Shown piece after piece: positions 40,147 to 50,300 of a stretch of DNA of 64,000 nt. The stretch spans positions 7,296,001 through 7,360,000 of the forward strand of contig OY970194.1 in NCBI GenBank assembly GCA_963708075.1, in the 5' to 3' direction. Within the stretch, counting starts at the first letter, position 1; each line of letters opens with the position of its first letter. The DNA is from Sedimentisphaerales bacterium. Its GTDB lineage: Bacteria; Planctomycetota; Phycisphaerae; Sedimentisphaerales; Anaerobacaceae. The notes under the pieces are model-generated. The model was not told the DNA's origin. It saw only the letters and a list, made by a program, of their open reading frames with translations, and ran no database searches. Made by a program: the position numbers and the translations under genes.

Positions 40147-40902
40147 TTATCCGAATCTGCCGGTGATATAGTCGTCTGTGCGTTTATCCTTTGGGATGGT
40201 GAACAGGTCGTGCGTCGGGCCGATCTCGACCAATTCACCCATCAGGAAGAACGCGCATCGCTCGCTGACGCGGGATGCCTGCTTGGTGTTGTTCGTCACG
40301 AGGATCTGCGTGTAATCGCGTTTTAACTGCTGCATGGCATCCTCGACTTTGGCCGTGGAGATGGGATCGAGGCCGGAGCAGGGCTCATCGTACAGGATGA
40401 CCTCGGGCCCAACGGCCAGTGTCCTGGCGATGCACAGGCGCTGCTGCTGGCCGCCGGAGAGGCGCACCGCCGGCTCTTGCAGGCGGTCCTTGACCTCCTC
40501 CCAGAGATACGCCTTTATCAGGGCCTCCTCGACGATCCGGCTGACGGTCTCCTTGTCGGTCGTGCCGTGGACCTTGGGACCGTAAGCAACGTTCTCGAAG
40601 ATAGTAACCGGCAGGACCTGGGGCAGGGCGAAGATGATGCCGATCTTCTTGCGCAGAAGATTGTCGCTGATCTTGCGGATGTCGCCGCCGCCCAGGAGAA
40701 TCTCGCCGGTCTGCGAGTAGTTCCTGTGGAGGTAGTTGAGCCGATTGAGCGCCCGCAGGAAGGTAGTCTTGCCGCTGTTGGCCGGGCCGATGATCCCGAG
40801 AATCTCGTTGCGCGCGATCTCGATGTTGACATTCTTCAATGCCTGCGCCGAGCCGAAGTAGCAGTTCAGACCGAAGGTTTGGATGACCGGTTCGTTTACC
40901 AT
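40147..40902 (-). CDS. pstB: Phosphate ABC transporter ATP-binding protein (copy 1)
   Basis: GPANSGKTT, LSGGQQQRLCIAR, DEPCSGLDP and DYITGRFG. The H-loop reads VTNN. Confidence 0.92.
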   Translation of the reverse strand: MVNEPVIQTFGLNCYFGSAQALKNVNIEIARNEILGIIGPANSGKTTFLRALNRLNYLHRNYSQTGEILLGGGDIRKISDNLLRKKIGIIFALPQVLPVTIFENVAYGPKVHGTTDKETVSRIVEEALIKAYLWEEVKDRLQEPAVRLSGGQQQRLCIARTLAVGPEVILYDEPCSGLDPISTAKVEDAMQQLKRDYTQILVTNNTKQASRVSERCAFFLMGELVEIGPTHDLFTIPKDKRTDDYITGRFG

Positions 40903-41744
40903 AACCTCTTTTTTCTATAATGTCCACGCAGGAAGATGCTGACGAGGTTCATCAGGAAGACCAATGCAATCAGCACGAGGGCCGTGGCAAAGCTCAGGCC
41001 GAGCGGGATATTGGGCACCTGGGTCGAGATCACGTACAGGTGATAGGGCAGGGCCATCACCTGGTCGAAGGCGGACCGTGGCAGGCGGGGCAGGTAGAAC
41101 GCGGCGACAGTGAAGAGGATCGGGGCCGTTTCTCCCGCGGCCCGGCTGAGGCTCAGGACCGTGCCGGTGAGGATGCCCGGAATGGCGTACGGCAGTACGC
41201 AGTATCGCACCGTCTGCCATCGCGTGGCCCCCAGCGACAGGCTGATCTCCCGGTACGTGAACGGAACGGACTCCAGTGCTTCCTTGGAGGCCGTGATGAT
41301 CACGGGCAGGCTCATGATCGCCAGCGTCAGCGAGCCGGCGAGGATCGACGTGCCGAAGTGCAACAGCAGGACAAAGACCGTGAAGCCGAACAGGCCGTAT
41401 ACGATCGATGGTATTCCGGAAAGGTTCACCACCGATAGCTTGATCATCCGCGTGAACAGGTTGTCACTGGCGTACTCGACGAGGTAAATGGCTGAGAGCA
41501 CCCCCAACGGCAGCGCGAACACCATCGTGCCGATGACCAGCAGGATCGTGCCGACGATGGCGGGGAAAATGCCGCCGGCCTTCATGCCGTTGCGAGGCAC
41601 CGCCGTGAGGAACTCCCACGAGATCGCCCCTGCGCCATTGATCGCGATGTAGAGGATGACCAGCAGGATCGGTATGACGATCAACAGCGTCACTGCGCCC
41701 AGGATGGAAAACGCCACATTCTGGCGGAGCTTTGCTCCAGTCAT
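40896..41744 (-). CDS. pstA: Phosphate ABC transporter permease PstA
   Basis: GGIFPAIVGT, IYLVEY, GIPSIVYGLFG and SRAAGETAP. Confidence 0.95.
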   Translation of the reverse strand: MTGAKLRQNVAFSILGAVTLLIVIPILLVILYIAINGAGAISWEFLTAVPRNGMKAGGIFPAIVGTILLVIGTMVFALPLGVLSAIYLVEYASDNLFTRMIKLSVVNLSGIPSIVYGLFGFTVFVLLLHFGTSILAGSLTLAIMSLPVIITASKEALESVPFTYREISLSLGATRWQTVRYCVLPYAIPGILTGTVLSLSRAAGETAPILFTVAAFYLPRLPRSAFDQVMALPYHLYVISTQVPNIPLGLSFATALVLIALVFLMNLVSIFLRGHYRKKRLW

Positions 41745-42697
41745 TTTCTGGCCCTTCGCAGGAACACATCAGCGATGAAATTGATCGCGAATGTAATAAT
41801 AAAAAGTACGAGCCCGACGGCAAAGAGTGCGTAGTAGTGCTCGGAGCCGCCGACGGTCTCGCCCATCTCCCCGGCGATCGTGGCGGTGAGCGTCCGCACC
41901 GGCTGCAGGATCGACGTGGGGATCACCGGGGCATTTCCCGTGACCATCAGGACGACCATGGTTTCGCCGACGACCCTGCCGATGCCGAGCATGACGGCGG
42001 CCACGATGCCCGGGGAGGCCGAGGGCAGAATGACCCTCCAGAGCGTCTGCCAGCGGGTGGCGCCCAGGCCGAAGGCCGCCTCGCGATACGACCTCGGCAC
42101 GCCCGTCAATGCGTCCTCCGAGATGCTGATGATCGTGGGCAGGGCCATGAAGGCCAGCAGCAGGCTGCCCGTCAAGCCGCACATGCCTGTGGACAGATGA
42201 AACGTGTCTCTGAGCACCGGCCCCAGCCAGATGATGCCGAGGAAACCCAGTACCACGCTGGGGATCGCGGCGAGGATCTCCACAAAGGACTTGAGCACGT
42301 TCTTGAGGGCCTTGGGAGCGACCTCGGCGATGAACATGGCTGAACCCACGCCCAGCGGCACACAGATGAGGACCGCCCAGAATGTCACGAACACGGAGCC
42401 GAGCAGCAGGGGGACGACCCCGAACTGCGGCGGATCGGAGATCGGCAGCCACTTCCTGCCGAATAGAAACTGAGCGAGTGGATAATTGCGAAACAACGAG
42501 AGTGAGTCTCGCAGCAGAAAGAGAAAGATCATGAAGACGAAAATGACCACGATGAGGCCACTGAGCCTGATGCACAACTCGATGATCGGCTCGCTGATCC
42601 TTCGCCACAGTCGTTTCATAGATGCGTAGAACCCAAATTCCCGGGCTTCCGGCTTGACGTACGGTTGAATTACCGATTCATTGGTCTCTGCGGGCAC
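41741..42697 (-). CDS. pstC: Phosphate ABC transporter permease PstC
   Basis: AGGAGG 5 nt before the GTG at 42697. EILAAIPSVV, PTIISISEDAL, GRVVGETM and RTLTATIAGEMGE. Confidence 0.93.
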   Translation of the reverse strand: MPAETNESVIQPYVKPEAREFGFYASMKRLWRRISEPIIELCIRLSGLIVVIFVFMIFLFLLRDSLSLFRNYPLAQFLFGRKWLPISDPPQFGVVPLLLGSVFVTFWAVLICVPLGVGSAMFIAEVAPKALKNVLKSFVEILAAIPSVVLGFLGIIWLGPVLRDTFHLSTGMCGLTGSLLLAFMALPTIISISEDALTGVPRSYREAAFGLGATRWQTLWRVILPSASPGIVAAVMLGIGRVVGETMVVLMVTGNAPVIPTSILQPVRTLTATIAGEMGETVGGSEHYYALFAVGLVLFIITFAINFIADVFLRRARK

Positions 42698-43604
42698 TAA
42701 TCCCTCCTGTACTGCTCTGCGGCCCTGCTTCTGGCGGCGAGGTTGGCGTCGGCACAAAACCCGTTTCGATGAACTGCTTCTGGCCCGCGGGGCTCAGGGT
42801 GAAATCGACGAACAGCTTGACGATGCCTTGCGGCTCGCCATCGGTGTATGCGTACAGGCCTCGCGAAAGCGGGTACGTCTTCTTGAGCACGTTGTCGATG
42901 GTAGGGGGGTAGGCCTCGCCGCTTTTGGCGATCTGCAGTGCCTTGGTTCGGTCGGACAGGTATCCCATGCCCAAATATCCGATGGCCTCCTCGTTGCCGG
43001 CCACCTCCTCGACGATCGCCTGCGAAGACGTCAGAAGCAGCGTCTCCCCCGAGAATTCCTCCTTGCCGTCCTTCTTGCCGAGCTGGATCACTTCCTCCTT
43101 GAAGTACATGTGGGTCCCGGAGCTGACCTCGCGGGAAAGTGTCACGATATGAAGGTCTTTTCCACCGAACCGCTTCCAATTGGTCACTTTGCCCGTGAAG
43201 ATGTCGTGCAGGTCTTCGATGGTTAGCTTGTCCACGGGGTTGCTCTTGTTGACGATGACGGCGACACCATCGAAGGCAACCACGATTTCCGTGGGATGGA
43301 CGCCGTGCTTGTTGGCGATCTCGATCTCCTTGGGCTTCATCTCGCGGGAGGCGGTGGCCACGTCGCAGGTCTTGTTGATGAGCGAGGCGATGCCGACGCC
43401 GCTGCCGCCGCCCGTGACGGCGACGAAGATGTGCGGGTACTGCTTCATGAACTCTTCAGACACCATCTGGATGGCGTTGACCATCGTGTCGGAGCCTTTG
43501 GCCTGAATGAACCCTTGCGGCTCATTCGGGTCGATGCTCTCGCCGCAGCCGGCCAGAAGAATGGCCGTGACAGAGGCCAGGATGGCTTGACTTCTCAATC
43601 CCAT
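42678..43604 (-). CDS. pstS: Phosphate ABC transporter substrate-binding lipoprotein
   Basis: Lipobox LAGC, KGSDTM, GGGSGVG, SREVSSGT and YPLSR. Confidence 0.95.
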   Translation of the reverse strand: MGLRSQAILASVTAILLAGCGESIDPNEPQGFIQAKGSDTMVNAIQMVSEEFMKQYPHIFVAVTGGGSGVGIASLINKTCDVATASREMKPKEIEIANKHGVHPTEIVVAFDGVAVIVNKSNPVDKLTIEDLHDIFTGKVTNWKRFGGKDLHIVTLSREVSSGTHMYFKEEVIQLGKKDGKEEFSGETLLLTSSQAIVEEVAGNEEAIGYLGMGYLSDRTKALQIAKSGEAYPPTIDNVLKKTYPLSRGLYAYTDGEPQGIVKLFVDFTLSPAGQKQFIETGFVPTPTSPPEAGPQSSTGGISARRDQ

Positions 43605-43678
43605 AAAACCCTTCGTTGTCCATGGCAGGTCCGAAAATGAGTAGATATACAATCTAATGGTTTAGTTATCACAGATGT

Positions 43679-43717
43679 GTTAGGAAATTATTAGCAATTC
43701 GTTAGGATTTGGTTAAA
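43679..43717. promoter_or_regulatory. Putative Pho-box array (4 x 11-bp period) between divergent pstS and DUF47-pit
   Basis: GTTAGG, ATTAGC, GTTAGG and GTTAAA begin at 43679, 43690, 43701 and 43712. Confidence 0.75.
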
Positions 43718-43832
43718 CTTGGGCCGGTTGGACGAACGGCATGTCGTCGCAAGGGCGTTTGTCGTCCTGGCCACGGGTAGAGTTCACGTGGCGGCTGGAA
43801 TGGCCCTTTTTGTTGAGATTAAGGAGATGTGC

Positions 43833-44459
43833 ATGGTTTTCAGGTTCTTCCCCAAGACACACAACTTCTTCGATCTGTTCGAGAAGCAGGTGAGCCACGC
43901 CGTCGAGGCGGCCTGTTTTTTCAAGGAGGTGGTATCCCAGGGCTGCGTTACGGAGGATGCCTTGAGCAAAATGGCGTCCATTGAGCATCAAGGCGACGAC
44001 GTGGCGCACGCCATTATCGATCAGTTGAACAAGACGTTCATCACTCCGTTCGATCGGGAGGACATCTACGCTCTTGCGAAGCAACTCGACGACATCGTTG
44101 ATATGGTCAACAACATCCTGAGCCGGCTCAGGGTGTACGATATCCGTGCCGTGGACAAGAACCTGGTGGAATTCTCTGTGGTTATCGAGCAGTCCGTGCG
44201 GGCGGTGTCGCGGGCCATCGGCGGATTGCGGAACCACAAGAACAGCCAGGTCGTTTGCGATGCCTGCATTGAGGTCAACCGCCTGGAAAACGTCGGCGAC
44301 GCGATGCGCGATCGTGTGCTCTCCGAGCTGTTCGCCAGCTCCAAAGACCCGATCGCTGTGATCAAATGGAAGGACATCTACCAGGACGCCGAAACCGTCC
44401 TGGACGTTTGCGAAGACGTTGCCCACGTTGTTGATTCCATTATGGTCAAACAGGCTTAA
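43833..44459 (+). CDS. DUF47 family phosphate transport regulator (Pit accessory protein)
   Basis: AAGGAG RBS, FFDLFE, IEHQGD, TFITPFDREDI and IKWKDIY. Immediately upstream of pit. Confidence 0.92.
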   Translation: MVFRFFPKTHNFFDLFEKQVSHAVEAACFFKEVVSQGCVTEDALSKMASIEHQGDDVAHAIIDQLNKTFITPFDREDIYALAKQLDDIVDMVNNILSRLRVYDIRAVDKNLVEFSVVIEQSVRAVSRAIGGLRNHKNSQVVCDACIEVNRLENVGDAMRDRVLSELFASSKDPIAVIKWKDIYQDAETVLDVCEDVAHVVDSIMVKQA

Positions 44460-44461
44460 TC

Positions 44462-45463
44462 ATGACGCTGACTATCTTGTTGCTGATCGGACTGGCGCTT
44501 CTCTTCGATTTTCTCAACGGTTTTCACGATTCGGCCAATTCCATCGCCACGATCGTCTCAACGCGAGTTCTCACACCCCGCAAGGCTGTTGTCTGGGCCG
44601 CCTTCTTCAATTTCATCGCCTTTTTGTTCTTCGGTCTGCACGTCGCTAACACCATCGGCAAGGGCATTATCGATATCACGATCGTCGATAAAGGTGTGAT
44701 CTTCGCCACCCTCATCGGCGCCTGCACGTGGGATGTGATTACGTGGTACTGGGGGCTGCCGACCAGCTCTTCTCACGCCCTCATCGGCGGGATGGTCGGT
44801 GCCGCATTGGTCAAGGTCGGATCGCAGGCCCTGATCTGGCACGGCATCACAAAGACTGTCATCTTCATCTTCGTCTCTCCGATTCTCGGCCTGATCCTGG
44901 GCGTTACGCTGGGTACAGCCGTCTACTGGGCATGCCGCAAAACCACGCCGCGGAAGGTGGACCATCTGTTCCGCAAGGGGCAGCTCCTCTCGGCCGCTTT
45001 ATACAGCATGGGCCACGGCGGCAACGACGCCCAGAAGACGATGGGCATTATTGCCAGCCTTCTCTTCAGTGCCGGCCTCTTGCAGGGTGAATTCCGCGTG
45101 CCGCTCTACGTCGTGCTCTCATGCCACGCTGCCATTGCACTGGGCACGATGTTCGGCGGCTGGCGGATCGTCAAGACGATGGGGCAGAAAGTGGCCAAAC
45201 TGAAGCCCGTGGATGGCTTTGCCGCGGAGTCCAGCGCTGCCGCTACACTGGCTATCTCCTCCGGCTTCGGCATCCCGGTAAGCACGACACACACGATTAC
45301 CGGCGCGATCATGGGTGTAGGCTCGCTACGGCGGCTCAGCGCGGTTCGTTGGGGTGTGGCCCGCAATATCGTGTGGGCCTGGGTTCTGACCATTCCCGCC
45401 GCGGCCATCATATCTGCGGTCGCCTACCTCCTGGTCGGCCGCTTTCTCATGAGCCTGCCTTGA
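44462..45463 (+). CDS. pit: Inorganic phosphate transporter (PiT family)
   Basis: NGFHDSANSIAT, GLPTSSSHAL, HGGNDAQK, GGWRIVKT and PVSTTH. Confidence 0.95.
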   Translation: MTLTILLLIGLALLFDFLNGFHDSANSIATIVSTRVLTPRKAVVWAAFFNFIAFLFFGLHVANTIGKGIIDITIVDKGVIFATLIGACTWDVITWYWGLPTSSSHALIGGMVGAALVKVGSQALIWHGITKTVIFIFVSPILGLILGVTLGTAVYWACRKTTPRKVDHLFRKGQLLSAALYSMGHGGNDAQKTMGIIASLLFSAGLLQGEFRVPLYVVLSCHAAIALGTMFGGWRIVKTMGQKVAKLKPVDGFAAESSAAATLAISSGFGIPVSTTHTITGAIMGVGSLRRLSAVRWGVARNIVWAWVLTIPAAAIISAVAYLLVGRFLMSLP

Positions 45464-45576
45464 GGTCTGCATGGCCAGGGCCGGGGGCACTACGTAGCCT
45501 TTGCCTCTGGTAGCCAAACAGTGTCAGATGTGCGTTGATTCCCGTCAGGATGGGTTAGCAAGAGATTCGCTGGAGC

Positions 45577-46908
45577 TCAGAACTTGACCACGATATCCGC
45601 TTGGAGTCTGCCGTAGTCGGCGTTGTCCTTGCGACCCCAGTACTGAGCGTCATAGAACGTCAGGGCCGGCGCCACATTCTTTGTGAGTTGATAGGCGAAG
45701 CTGAAGCGATGGCCTTTGCCGCCGGTGCCGCCGCCGACGAAGTCGGAGTCGTTGAACTGCCCGACCACGGCATCGGCATCGATCTCTCTGTAATCGTAAT
45801 CAAACTGCCATGAGCCCGGGTCTTTGATCTTATTGAGGCTTGCGCCGATGAGCCAGCCGGTATCTTGGTCCGTGCTGGCGACGGTGTTCTTGACCCAGTC
45901 GCCATAGACTGCCGCAGGCAGCTTGCCGACCACCGTGCCGAATTCAGCGAACAACTCAATCAGGTCGTAATCGCTGGCAAAGACGTTCCCCGGCGCCGCC
46001 GTGTTGCCGAAGAAGTCGTTCGTGCCTTTCCACTCGTTGGCCAGGCTTTCCTCGCCCTGGATATTGCCATAGTCGTACCAGCTCGCGCCGGCCAGGACGT
46101 AGGTGGGCTTATTGATCTGGTGCTTCAGATAGCCTTGCAGGCCCCACAGCGATGTATCGCCGCCCGTGGACTCTTCATTGACCCAGAACCCGCCGGCGGA
46201 CAGGTTGATGCTGGTCTTATCGTTGAACGGGCGTGCATAGGTCAGGGCGCCGCCTTCCGGGGTCAAATCGTGATCCCAGATCAACTGGTTCTTACCGACC
46301 ATGTAGAACGGATTGGCCATCTTGCCGGCGATAGCGCTGAAGCCCTTGACCCAGGCCGGATGGTAGTTGAAATACGCCAGATCGAGCCAGAACGTCTTCT
46401 TGGAGAAGCTGCCGTCCAGCGTCTGGTTCGTGGAGACGGGATCGCCGCCCGACACTCCTTCCGCGGTGGCCAGGCGAAAGCCCAGGTTCCACTCGTCGCT
46501 AATCTTCGCATCAAGTCCCAGGCGAGCCCGAATGCGGTTGCGGTGACGGATTTCCTCGGCACTGTTGTCGTCGATATACTCGTAGCGGTAGCGGAAATCG
46601 CCGGACCAGTTCAGCCTGGATGCCCACTTGAGAATGTCGGGAATGGCGGGCTCCTCCTTCTTCGCCTCGGGGGCTGGCGGCTTCTCGGCCAGCGCCTCTT
46701 CTCTGAGCTTCTGGCGGGCCTCCAGTTGGTTGATCCTACCCTCCAACTCCGCCTGTCGCTGCTTTTGGGCTCCCAATTCCGCCTTGAGCTGATTCACATC
46801 CTCCGCCTTGTCAGCCGCGATTGCTGCCATCGGTCGCGGCAGTGTCACAGCACAGGCAAACATGAAACCAAGAATCCATTTGCGTTGTTGCGCCTTGTTT
46901 CTGTTCAC
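45577..46908 (-). CDS. Putative outer-membrane porin (Porin_5-like beta-barrel)
   Basis: Signal peptide, coiled-coil linker, GDFRYRYE..R.RIRARLG, DPVSTNQTL, WDHDLTPEG and a C-terminal strand ending in Phe (RLQADIVVKF). Confidence 0.85.
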   Translation of the reverse strand: MNRNKAQQRKWILGFMFACAVTLPRPMAAIAADKAEDVNQLKAELGAQKQRQAELEGRINQLEARQKLREEALAEKPPAPEAKKEEPAIPDILKWASRLNWSGDFRYRYEYIDDNSAEEIRHRNRIRARLGLDAKISDEWNLGFRLATAEGVSGGDPVSTNQTLDGSFSKKTFWLDLAYFNYHPAWVKGFSAIAGKMANPFYMVGKNQLIWDHDLTPEGGALTYARPFNDKTSINLSAGGFWVNEESTGGDTSLWGLQGYLKHQINKPTYVLAGASWYDYGNIQGEESLANEWKGTNDFFGNTAAPGNVFASDYDLIELFAEFGTVVGKLPAAVYGDWVKNTVASTDQDTGWLIGASLNKIKDPGSWQFDYDYREIDADAVVGQFNDSDFVGGGTGGKGHRFSFAYQLTKNVAPALTFYDAQYWGRKDNADYGRLQADIVVKF

Positions 46909-47015
46909 TGCGATGTCTCCAGAAGTGATTCCAAACGTTTCAGTACATATTGCATGGAACGAGCTTGTCGCGACCGGTATCCTGTCTCATTTAGACACGT
47001 AAGTACCGCGCCGAT

Positions 47016-47054
47016 GTTAAAGTCTGATTAGGATTCTGTTAGATTTCCATTAGT
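47016..47054. promoter_or_regulatory. Putative Pho-box array (4 x 11-bp period) upstream of the porin
   Basis: GTTAAA, ATTAGG, GTTAGA and ATTAGT begin at 47016, 47027, 47038 and 47049. Orientation relative to the gene is the same as for the pstS array. Confidence 0.75.
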
Positions 47055-47392
47055 GTTTTGCTGATGCGGCCGGAGTGCGGAGGCATTCCTGGTTTCTCTG
47101 CAGACTCATCGAAAACTAATGCACCCGTAACGCGCATCTGACAATATCGCCGCAGGATCTCTCAGAAGCCTGTAATAGTGCCTCGTGCCTCGGAGAAGTT
47201 GAATCGATGGTTTCTTATCTGCGGAAGTCCTCAGGAGAGCGAAGATCAGATGAGTCGAGGGACAATTGAAGTTACTTATACCGAGGCAACCAATCAGTAG
47301 TACGGCTGGCAGCGGCGAGCGCGTCGCCCTCTGAATGAATAGGGAGGAGTCGAGGGAGAGCCATCAACCCTCTGTGCCCATGTGCTTTGCCG

Positions 47393-50300
47393 CTACCGTG
47401 GCGGTTCTGGGGGCTTTTCCGGCTCGTCGGGCGGGATCGATGGGATCTGCGAGATAATGGCGGCCCGGCGACTCAGGACGTACTGCTTGATCTGGTCGCG
47501 CCGACCGTCGCCGAGGCCTTCAGCGATCAAGACCCCGGCATTCTCGTCGACGTAGCGGTCGAACGGCGTCGGTGGGTTGTTCGTGCCGTAAGAGGTCTGC
47601 CAAGGGCCCGCCAGCAGGTCATAGAAGGCCTTCGCATATAACTGCCGGTACCTCGCGTAGTTCAGGAACTGGTTGACCTCCGGGAAGTGGCCCGCCACGG
47701 AGAACACGCTCGAACTGGCGCCGTCGCCCGAGCCGAACGCGAAATCGATATCCCAGGGCATGAGGTACCATTTGCCCTCGGGCAACGCGTAGTAGAAGGC
47801 GTTGTTCTTGCCTCGCCTGTATCCGTAGCTGTCCCAGTCGCCGACCGCGTGACGAATCGCCAGGACTTTGGTGAAGTGCACCGGGTCCATCTGGGCCTCG
47901 ATCAACTGCGGGTACCGGGAGTTGTTTGCCGGCGTATTCAATGCCACCGCGAGATCGAACAGGTGCTGCCAGTTGTCGTCCTCGGGGTGGGACCGCTTCT
48001 CGAAGTGCCAGCGGTAGGTTCTCGGGGATGAGCGGATGCTGCGCGTTGTAGAGCAGGCCCTCATCGGCCCGTTCGCCGCTGTGGGCTGTGCCGTCCGTGT
48101 TGTACTCGAAGTAATCGTCGATCTTGTGGAGGTAGCCCTCGTCGTTGCCCGGGAACCATGCGTTGATGTAATCGCCGTCGATCTTCTGGACGTCGTCGAA
48201 ATTGGAGTGGTGTCTGCCATTGATGACCAGGCGCACCCACTCCTGCCTGGAGTATTGCAGACCCATCTGAGCGTAGAACCAGTAGGCGACGCGTTCCTGG
48301 AGCGGGCCGCGGTTGCTTCCTTCGGTGTTGTCGAGATTGATTTCCTCCCGCCCGTGGAACTTTTGATCGGGGCCGAACTCGATGCGATAGGCATAACGAT
48401 CGCGCGGGTCGCGGCCAAAGCCCTGGCGAAGGAACGGGCTGCCGCGCATCCGGATCCCGCAGTTGTAGTACACATCAGTATCATTGTAGACGAACGTGCA
48501 GTCGAGCAGCTCGTTGGAAAGGCTCGGGCGGGACCGAAACGCGTTGATTACGGCGTCAGACATCCAGATGCGATAGATCGCCATCTGGGACGTTACAGGC
48601 GTATCGCCGACGCGGACGAGGCAAGTCCGCTCCGGGACGTCGGCCGATGATTCGAGCTTCGTGGGGAAGCGAGTCGTGACGGCGCCGTCGGAGGCTTCGA
48701 TGTAGAACGCTCGCATCGTGTTGGCAGAGGCGGCCGGGATCGCCGCCGTATACATTCCGTCCCGGGCAACCTTGTCGCTGCCGGAGCCATTGTCCGTCAT
48801 GGGCGTGCTCGAGAATGTGGAGGCGCCTTCCGAACGATAGTAGAGGGTTACGGAGTCGATCCCGTCGTTGTCGAGCACGCGGGTGGCCACGACGATCGGC
48901 TCATTGGCCTTGGGGGCGACAGGGGCATGACACGTTTCGAGGATGTCCGGGCCCCGATTGGCCACGAAGGCTGTGTTCTGCCGGCCCGGCGTGCCCAGGT
49001 CCAGAGGCACCTCGAGCTCGAACGCGTGCGATGGCCTCGGGGGCTGCACAGGCGACGTTTCCCGCGTCGTTCGCAGCAGCAGGAAGCGGCTGCCGCGAAG
49101 CCAGCGGGCCCAGCCGCTGAACTGCACACTGCCTGCGGTTGTGCCGGAGATGGACTGATTGATGCGGTTGCTCCCCGGATCGCCATGGCCCGTGGCGATC
49201 ACATGTAACGACTGCGAGCCCGAACGGTGGTCCTCCGTAGTCACGAAGGACTGCGTGTGGTTGCCGAGGATTCGCCAGGGGTTCTCGCCGCTCTCGAAGC
49301 CGCCGTTGGTCAGACAGTTCTTGCCGTCGATCGTCAGTTGCACATCATCGAGCAGGATTTCGCCGGCATTGAGCATCATCAGGTCGAAGATCGTGACGGT
49401 ATCGTGCGTGAATTTGGCGTCACCGGGGTAGGTGCCGAAGGAGAAGGATTTCCAGGTTGTTTTGCTGCTCTCGTCGCTGTCGGCCCAGGCGTCGGGGGCA
49501 TCGTTGTTGCTGCGCGGGTCGCGCAACTCAAGGCTGGCGCCCATGCCGTCGGCCCATTTCGGCCATCGCCCGCCGTCGCAGTAGGTGACTTCATCCGCGG
49601 TCGCCATATATGCTTTGAGCTTGCCCGTCTGGGGATTTCGTCCCTGCACCGGGAAACTGAGGCGGATGCGCTCGCTGTGGTTGTCGAGCGTGCCGATGTA
49701 CGGTCCGACGAGGTTCGTGCCGATCGTGAGGTTGCTGTAGAGGGCGGCAAGGAAGTTCGGGTCCTTGGCGATGACCAGATAAGAGCCCGGCTGCATCACG
49801 GCGCCGCTGCCGAACGAGTATTCGATACTGTCTGTAAAGGCCCACCCCGCTAGCGAGACAGGCCTGGTGCCGCGGTTATACAGCTCGACGTATTCGTACT
49901 GGTCGTCCCGCATCGCGTGGTTATACATAATCTCGTTGATCACGATGTCGCGCACCAGCGGCTTGGTGTTGGCGGCCCCGCGGGTGGCGGAGGACAGGCA
50001 ACCGAGGTAGAGAGAGCCGTCGGGGAAGCGGCCGAAGGTGACCTCGGCTTCCGTGGCGTCGTAGCGCATTGCATCGAGCACGCGCAGCGGCTTGGGCGGC
50101 ACGTCCGCCGTGGCCGCCGTCAGGAACACCGTTTCACCCGAGAAATCCAGCGCAAAAGGCATGCCGCTCGGCGGTGTGCCCTGGCTGAAGACCCGGAATT
50201 CGCCGGGCTGGAGCGAGCCGGCCGGCAGTTTGTACTGCAACAGGTTGAGCCGGTCGTCGCTCAAGTACAGATTGCCAAGGTCCACTGCGATGGGGCCGGG

